A stretch of DNA of 64,000 bases, taken from NCBI GenBank assembly GCA_047601445.1, contig JASGJH010000001.1, positions 256,001-320,000 of the forward strand. The letters run 5' to 3'. The stretch's first letter is position 1. Every line of letters starts with the position of its first letter. Source of the stretch: Myxococcales bacterium. GTDB lineage: Bacteria > Myxococcota_A > Polyangia > Polyangiales > DASUME01. The notes under the pieces were generated by a model. That model was not told where the DNA came from. It saw nothing but the letters and a program-made list of their open reading frames with translations, and did no database searches. A program made the position numbers and the translations under genes. Below are positions 57,741 to 64,000 of this stretch, piece by piece.

Positions 57741-59037
57741 GTGTCGGATATCGATCAATTGGCGTCGTGGGCCCAGACCAGCGTGGGCCGCGTGCGCGAC
57801 CACAACGAGGACGCCTATCTGGTGGACGAGTCCATCGGACTCTTCGCGGTGGCAGATGGCATGGGCGGGCACGCCGCCGGCGAGGTGGCCAGCAACCTGG
57901 CGCTCGAGACGGTGCAGCGGGTCATCAAGCAGGGGCAAGACAAGAATCGCGGCCTTCGAGCTCGATTCACGCTCCCGCGAAACACGGCGCGCGCTGCTCG
58001 ACTTGATCGAGGAGGCGGCCCACGCGGCGTGTGCCGCCGTCCACGATGCGGGCAAGCGCGACGAGCGCATGCGCGGCATGGGCACCACGCTGTGCTTGCT
58101 GGTCATCGCGGGCTCACACGGCTTCATCGCCCACGTGGGCGATTCGCGCATCTATTTGGTGCGCGGGGACAAGACGCATCAGCTCACGCAGGATCACAAC
58201 CTGCAGAACGAGCTGCTCAAGCGCGGCAAGCTGACGCCGGATCAGATCGCCCAGGTCAAACAGAAGAACGCGCTCACGCGCGCCATCGGCGTGTATTCGA
58301 GCGTGGAGGTCGACACCCTGGACTTCGGCGTGGTGGCTGGCGACCGGCTCCTGCTCTGCTCGGACGGCCTCTACAGTTATCTGCGCAAGGGCGAGCTCAA
58401 CTCGGTGTTCGAAGACACGCCGGAGCAAGCTGCCCAGCGCCTGGTGGCCCTGGCGAATCAGCGCGGCGGTCACGACAACATCACCGCCATCGTGATCGCG
58501 GTGAGCGGCGCGCCCGACGACGAGCAGCAGACGCTGACCAAGCTCAAGCTCGACACGCTGGGCAACGCGCAGCTGTTCAAGTTCCTCAACTACCAGGAGC
58601 TGGTGCGCGTCTCGAATCTGAGCGAGGTGCGCAATTTCCTGGAGGACGAGCCGGTCTTTCAAGAAGGCGACACCGGGGAGGAGCTGTTCGTGGTGTTGTC
58701 GGGCTCGGTGCGCGTGCACAAGGGCGAGAGCACCATGCTGTTCTTGGGCCCTGGCGAGCACTTCGGAGAGATGGCGCTGATCGACCGCGGCACTCGCAGC
58801 GCCAGCGTCACGGCGGTGGAGGCTACCCGCGTCCTGGTGATCAAGCGCCCCGACTTCCTGTACCTGATCAAACACGAGCGCGATTTGGCGGTGAAGCTCC
58901 TGTGGCAGTTCCTCGGGGTGCTCAGCTCACGCCTGCGGCAGACTTCGCGGGAGCTCGGCGAGGCCCGTGGTCAGCTCGCGGAGTCGATGCCGGAGCTGGT
59001 GGCGCTCGACGAAGAAGACCTCGAGGAATCCCCCTGA
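57741..59037 (+). CDS. PP2C-family phosphatase with C-terminal cNMP-binding domain; apparent +1 frameshift at 57944-57948; about 431 aa corrected
   Basis: [25 protein letters not shown] in one frame; GMGTT, HVGDSR, LLCSDGL, GGHDNIT and [14 protein letters not shown] in the next. Confidence 0.9.
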
Positions 59038-60104
59038 TGGGCCTGGCCCTGGCCCGGCGCCTGGGGAGGTGTCCGTCCCCGCGCCTCGGCGCGGTACTGG
59101 GCGTCTTGCTGGCAGGGCTTCCGGGTTGCGAAGCTTCCGAGGCTCCTCCCCCGACCAGCGCGCCGGCCGCCCACGCGGCGGTGGCCACACACCACGACAC
59201 GGGGGCGGTCCCCGCGCCGGCCGAGCCGGTCGTACCTGCCCTGAAGCCGCGCGAAGTTCGCCCCACAATCGGCGCGCACAGCGGGGAGCTCCACAGCTCG
59301 GCCGCCCTCGACGAAGGCGCCCGACTGGCGGCCGATACGCTGGTCACGCTGGCCGAAAAGGCGCAGCTCGTTCTGCAATTTCCGGGCGGTGCGAGCGTGA
59401 AGGTGCTGGGTCCGGCGCGTCTGGCGGTCCCCGCCGGCGAGCTTGGGCTCCTGCTGCGTCAGGGCACGGTGAGCGTCGACCTCGAGTTTTCGGCCCTGCA
59501 TCCGGAGTCCGGTTTCTGGTTGGCTACCCCCAGCGCGCGTCTGGAGCTGGTGCACGGCGGCCGCTTCGTGGTGCGCGCTTTCGAGTACGGCGGGAGCGCC
59601 CTGTCGGTGGTGACCGGTCCCCTGGCAGTGACCCCGGCCGGTGGGGAAGGGCAGGCCCCCAAGGCGCTCGCCGCGGGCGCCAAGGCCCAGCTTGCGGCCG
59701 ACGGCAAGAGCGAGTTCAGCAGCGTCGCCCGGCGTCCCGGGGCGGGGATTTCCCTGCACCTGCAGACCGAAGAGGTCCGCCTTGCCGCGCTCCCCGAGCG
59801 TCGGGGCGCCGATCTCTCGGCTGCGACTCGGTCAGCCAGCGCCGTGGCGGCGGCCTGCGATGCAGTGGTGACCGCCCGGACCGAGGAACACACGCTCCAG
59901 GCTCGGCACCGGGCCCTGGTGGCTCAGAAGGACCCGGGCGCAATGGAAGTCCAGCGCGCACTCGCCGCGCAGGGGGCCCGTAGCTTCGAGGCCCGGCGCG
60001 CCCTGGAGAAGCGGCTGTCGTTGCTCGAAGCCGAGCGGCTCGAGGCCGGCTCTCAAGGCCTGGCAAGTCCTGAAATTGCCCGTGCCCGCGAGCTCTTGCG
60101 CTAG
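59037..60104 (+). CDS. Lipoprotein with FecR-like domain
   Basis: ATG overlaps the upstream TGA; LPGC lipobox-like; [11 protein letters not shown]...LRQGTVSV...[10 protein letters not shown]...GRFVV...LSVVTG FecR-like beta pattern. Confidence 0.6.
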   Translation: MGLALARRLGRCPSPRLGAVLGVLLAGLPGCEASEAPPPTSAPAAHAAVATHHDTGAVPAPAEPVVPALKPREVRPTIGAHSGELHSSAALDEGARLAADTLVTLAEKAQLVLQFPGGASVKVLGPARLAVPAGELGLLLRQGTVSVDLEFSALHPESGFWLATPSARLELVHGGRFVVRAFEYGGSALSVVTGPLAVTPAGGEGQAPKALAAGAKAQLAADGKSEFSSVARRPGAGISLHLQTEEVRLAALPERRGADLSAATRSASAVAAACDAVVTARTEEHTLQARHRALVAQKDPGAMEVQRALAAQGARSFEARRALEKRLSLLEAERLEAGSQGLASPEIARARELLR

Positions 60105-60137
60105 CTCCGTCCTTGACGCTCAGGACGGCGGCTGCCT

Positions 60138-61652
60138 ATGCTCGCGACCGCGATGCGCGTATCTTCAGTGTTGCTCGCGGTAGGGGCGCTAATCGGGGCT
60201 GGAGCGTCCCAGGCCCGCGCGGACGATCCGCCGCTGCGCCTCATGAACGACCCCTGGACCTACACGGACGTGATCGACGCGTTCGACGACGGCGACCCGT
60301 TCGATCTCAATGCCCATATCGGGTACCAGCGGACCACGGATCGCGGCACCATCCAGCGCGAGTTCACGGATCCCAATACCCACGAGCGCGGGCGCGAGAA
60401 GATCGCCGAGAGCGAGCAGATCACCAGCACGCTCATGTTCGGGCTCGACGTCGGTCTCTACAAAGACGTCATGGCGTTCCTGCACCTGCCGTTGATCTTG
60501 AGCAACTCACGCCAGCTGTCCGTGCCCAGTGGGAGCAGCGCCCAGCAGATCAACGACGACCAGGGGCCCCTCTACGATCCGTTCGACTACGGTGGCGCCA
60601 CCGGCCCGCTGTTCTCCGTTCCGTTCAAGTCGCCCACCCGCGCTGGCTTCGACTACATCGGCATCGGCGGTTCTTGGGCCGTACTCAACCAGCAGCGCCA
60701 TTCCTGGCAGCCCACCTGGATCTTCATCCTCGAGGGACGTCGGGCGATCGGCACACCGCTGAAGCCCTGTCAGGACGTCCAGGGCAAGACCGTGTGCGGC
60801 AACAAGGCACCGGGCGGTGAAGACATCGACGGCGACGGCATCGCCGACGGCACCGCGGACGCTTTCAAGAATCAGTCGGCGGGCTCGAGCAAGGGCTTCA
60901 GTGGCGTGTCGTTCGAGACCCGCCTGTCGCGTCGCTACCGCTACGTGGAGCCCTACATGGGCCTCGGCGTGCTCATCCAGTGGGCCTCCACGGCGAACAA
61001 GTACTTCAACCCCGGCGGCAGGCTCGACGGCGTCATCAACGCGTTGCCGAGTCAGATCGCTACTGCGACCCTCGGCAGCGCCATCATTCCCTGGGAGAAC
61101 CGCGGCCGCCATCAGCGCTTCGCGCTCGACCTGCGCATGACCGCGACCTACCTCTCGCAGGGTAAGGACTACAGCGCGCTCTACGACGCCCTCGGAACGA
61201 GCAACCACGCCGAGCTCACGCGCCCCAACTTCGAGGGTGTGCAAGGTGCGAATCCGGACACCAACCCGACGCTCCACCGCTGCAACACCAACGACCCCTC
61301 CGACACGAACTGCTACGTCGGCAACAAGGTTCCCTTCTACGGGCTCACGGACATCCGAGCTCGCCTCAACTACGGCTTCCGCGTCGGCATCGAGATGCAG
61401 GCCGCCGAGTACATTCGCTTCGGTCTGGGCACGGGCGTGACGTGGCTGACCAACTACGCGATGACGGCCGCGGACCCTTGCAATCCAGACGTCAGCACGG
61501 GCAATCGTGGGGAAGCATACCGCGGCAGCACCTGCGGCTCCGGGGTCGTTAACCCCTCGCACCGTCCCACCATCGACCTACCTGGCCGCCGCTTCTTCAT
61601 GCAGGGTGAGGTGCTAGTGGACCTCTACGCCACGGCGACAGCCCAGTTTTGA
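60138..61652 (+). CDS. Putative outer-membrane beta-barrel protein
   Basis: Signal peptide (ARA/DD), amphipathic beta strands, C-terminal VDLYATATAQF beta-signal, Cys pairs in loops, DIDGDG motif. Confidence 0.7.
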   Translation: MLATAMRVSSVLLAVGALIGAGASQARADDPPLRLMNDPWTYTDVIDAFDDGDPFDLNAHIGYQRTTDRGTIQREFTDPNTHERGREKIAESEQITSTLMFGLDVGLYKDVMAFLHLPLILSNSRQLSVPSGSSAQQINDDQGPLYDPFDYGGATGPLFSVPFKSPTRAGFDYIGIGGSWAVLNQQRHSWQPTWIFILEGRRAIGTPLKPCQDVQGKTVCGNKAPGGEDIDGDGIADGTADAFKNQSAGSSKGFSGVSFETRLSRRYRYVEPYMGLGVLIQWASTANKYFNPGGRLDGVINALPSQIATATLGSAIIPWENRGRHQRFALDLRMTATYLSQGKDYSALYDALGTSNHAELTRPNFEGVQGANPDTNPTLHRCNTNDPSDTNCYVGNKVPFYGLTDIRARLNYGFRVGIEMQAAEYIRFGLGTGVTWLTNYAMTAADPCNPDVSTGNRGEAYRGSTCGSGVVNPSHRPTIDLPGRRFFMQGEVLVDLYATATAQF

Positions 61653-61752
61653 GCTGTACGGAGTAGAGGCACGCCCGCCTCCTCACGCTCGGCGCGTCGA
61701 CAGCTTGACCCCTCGCCTGCTCCCGAGCGACATTCGTTGGCGGGGGATAAAT

Positions 61753-62391
61753 ATGCCTGTCGGACCCAGCAGTTGGGCGCCCAAGGATTTCGTCGAGCGA
61801 GCTCGCAGAAAGCCGCTCGGGGAGCTGGTCCAGGACTGCGGGACGAACTTCGTGTTGGTGGTCCCGCTGGGTGAGCCGGACAGCGAGCTGGCGCAGGGGC
61901 TCTCGTCCACCATCCGCCCGTCGGAGCGTGCAGGCATCGGCTTCAAGACGCTCACGGGCGACGCTGCATCGCTGATGCAAGCGGCCCTGAAGCGTCCCAC
62001 GCGTGGATTCATGGCAGCCCACTCCTGGGACGTGCCGGGCGCCTACGTGCCCATTCCACGCCACTTGCTCGAGTCGGCCTGTCACGTGATGCCCATCGTC
62101 AAGCGCTCGGGTGCGTCGTTTTTGGAGCGCATCTCGGTGGGCCGTGTGAACGGCCACGATGTCGTGCTGCGCCATGCCAGCGTGTCGAAGTTCCATGCCT
62201 GGTTCGAAGCGCCGGAAGATGGAAATCTCTACGTGGGCGACGCGGGAAGTCGCAACTACACCTACGTGAATGGGGAGCGCATCACGGACCGCACGCGAGT
62301 TCAGCCAGGCGCCAAGCTCACGTTCGGCATGCTTGAGGCCCACGTGTACACCCTCGAGAGCTTCTGGAAGGCGCTGCACCCGGGCGCATAG
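61753..62391 (+). CDS. FHA domain protein
   Basis: ISVGRVNGHDVVL..ASVSKFHA...DAGSRNYTYVNG. Confidence 0.88.
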   Translation: MPVGPSSWAPKDFVERARRKPLGELVQDCGTNFVLVVPLGEPDSELAQGLSSTIRPSERAGIGFKTLTGDAASLMQAALKRPTRGFMAAHSWDVPGAYVPIPRHLLESACHVMPIVKRSGASFLERISVGRVNGHDVVLRHASVSKFHAWFEAPEDGNLYVGDAGSRNYTYVNGERITDRTRVQPGAKLTFGMLEAHVYTLESFWKALHPGA

Positions 62392-62401
62392 GTCTAGGTC
62401 C

Positions 62402-64000
62402 ATGACGCGTTGGTCCGTCGGGTGTGCACTGACTGTGGTGTTGCTCGCTGGCTTTCGCGGGCGCGTGCATGCCGATCCATTTCATCACCAGGCCATTCCG
62501 CTCGGCGAGAACGCATTGGGCATGGGCGGTGCGTTCGCGGGCGTGGCCAACGATCCTTCGTCCACCTACTACAACCCCGCGGGGCTCGCGCGACTCGAGG
62601 ACGTGTCGATCTCCGCGAGCCTCACGCTGAATGCCTTCGACCACCTGAATATCAAGAACGGTTTTCGCACCAACGAGGGCGAGACCGACCTCAAGCACAC
62701 CACCAAGCCCGCGCTGCCCGTGTTCGCGAGCTTCGTAAAGCAGCTGGGGTGGAAGGAAGGCAGTGCACGCCGACACGCCATCGCGTTCTCCACGCTCACG
62801 CCGGATCGCCGCCGGCTCGGCTTCGACGCGGAGATCGACGGGGGGCCGCGCGAGAACCGCAGAGTGGACACGCTGTCCGTGGCCGACGAGCGCACAGTGC
62901 GTTGGTACGGGCTCTCCTACGCCTATCGAGCTTCGCCGCAGCTCTCGTTCGGCTTGAGTACGTTCGTCTCCTTGAGCAGCATGTCCCACGCGGAAGAGCG
63001 CCTGGATCTCAAGCTCGCCGGCTACGACCCCGCAGACAACTCCTATGACAACTCGGTGGTCACGGTGCGCAGCACACGCGCGCGCTCCAATGTGGCCAAC
63101 GGCATCTTCCGGCTCGGCGTGCTCTACGCAGTCTCAGCGCGTCTGCGTGTGGGCGCCATGTTCCAGCCACCGAGCTTCAAGTTCAAGGGCAAGGCGTTCG
63201 TGCGCGATCGTGTGGTCACGGCAGCCGCCATTCCGGCGGCGCAGCAGGCGAACTACTACGTCGGCGAGCAGAAGGACCTCGCTTCGGCCGATCCCGTGCC
63301 CTGGGAGCTCCGGCTCGGCGTGAGCTGGGCCCCGAACTACGACATGCTGCTCTCGTTCGACGCCAGTGCCTACGGCAAGCGCGGCTCGCCGGACGACCCG
63401 GTGGTGGCGATCGGTCCGCGCGAGGTCACGCCTGGAACGCAGCGCGCGCCACAGCCCGGCGACTTCGTGGTGCAGGAGTGGTACGGCAAGCGCACGGGCA
63501 ACGTGGCCGCCGGTATGGAATACAAGATCCGCGAAGTGGTGCTGGTGCGCGCCGGCGCGTTCACGGATCTGTCGGCAGCGCCCAGCGTGCCCAAGGTCAG
63601 CCGAACCTACCGGCCATCGGATATCAATCGACTGGGCGCCACCTTTAGCGTGGGCCTGATCGCGCGCGGCTACGACGTCTCGCTCGGCGTGGTCGGCACC
63701 TTTGGTTGGGGTAAGACGCAATCTTTCTCACCCGATGATCTCGAGATCCCCTATCGACGCACCAGCGCCAAGGAGCAGACGTTGTTCGTGTTCCTGAGCG
63801 GCGCGCGGCGCGCTGCCGGCAAGCTGATGGAGGACACGTACGAGAAGCTGCGCGAGAAGATGAAGAATCGACAGACCCTCGAGGAAGAGGGCGAGCAAGA
63901 CGAGCCGATCGTGCCGAACGAGCCGATCGTGCCGAACGAGCCGAGCGAGACGAACGAACCGAAAGAACCGGAAGAACCGAGCGAGCCGAAAGAACCGAGC
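62402..64000 (+). CDS. FadL/OmpP1-like outer-membrane transporter, partial (runs off the window; absent from the ORF track)
   Basis: ATG at 62402: MTRWSVGCAL...GENALGMGGAFAGVANDPSSTYYNPAGLA, the FadL N-terminal signature; the same frame reads EPIVPNEPIVPNEPSETNEPKEPEEPS at the window end. Confidence 0.8.
   Translation, partial: MTRWSVGCALTVVLLAGFRGRVHADPFHHQAIPLGENALGMGGAFAGVANDPSSTYYNPAGLARLEDVSISASLTLNAFDHLNIKNGFRTNEGETDLKHTTKPALPVFASFVKQLGWKEGSARRHAIAFSTLTPDRRRLGFDAEIDGGPRENRRVDTLSVADERTVRWYGLSYAYRASPQLSFGLSTFVSLSSMSHAEERLDLKLAGYDPADNSYDNSVVTVRSTRARSNVANGIFRLGVLYAVSARLRVGAMFQPPSFKFKGKAFVRDRVVTAAAIPAAQQANYYVGEQKDLASADPVPWELRLGVSWAPNYDMLLSFDASAYGKRGSPDDPVVAIGPREVTPGTQRAPQPGDFVVQEWYGKRTGNVAAGMEYKIREVVLVRAGAFTDLSAAPSVPKVSRTYRPSDINRLGATFSVGLIARGYDVSLGVVGTFGWGKTQSFSPDDLEIPYRRTSAKEQTLFVFLSGARRAAGKLMEDTYEKLREKMKNRQTLEEEGEQDEPIVPNEPIVPNEPSETNEPKEPEEPSEPKEPS

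Noticed and set aside
57669..60104. 811-aa ORF as a single PP2C-FecR fusion
   Set aside because: It arises from the frameshift at 57944-57948; the middle is out-of-frame sequence, and the FecR-like gene has its own ATG at 59037.

Overview
High-GC bacterial chromosome segment. The gene content (Ser/Thr kinases, FHA and PP2C proteins, giant TPR proteins, Cys-rich lipoproteins, an AgmX/PglI-type domain) points to Myxococcota, possibly Polyangiales; this is inference. Housekeeping genes are valS, engB, murJ, rpsT, holA, a ClpA/C-type ATPase, nadD, pyrF and maeB. Main observations: (1) a compact ethylmalonyl-CoA pathway cluster at 37.7-49.4 kb (mch, mcl2, Chloroflexus-type mcl, mcd, ccr, divergent ecm-meaB, and a RamB/ScfR-family regulator) with a recurring YTTTAC candidate operator; (2) all four frameshifts I found (valS, a giant TPR gene, mcl2, a PP2C gene) are one extra base turning GATC into GAATC on the coding strand, most likely a sequencing footprint of DNA modification at GATC; (3) four copies of an intergenic palindromic REP-like element; (4) a tightly coupled run of kinase, AcpH-like gene, two giant TPR genes, a pseudo-phosphoesterase, nadD and a DUF2520 gene; (5) a PP2C-cNMP / FecR-like / beta-barrel / FHA / FadL-like cluster at the right end. 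I saw no rRNA, tRNA, CRISPR array, transposase or prophage. All family assignments come from motif recognition by eye; no database search was run.
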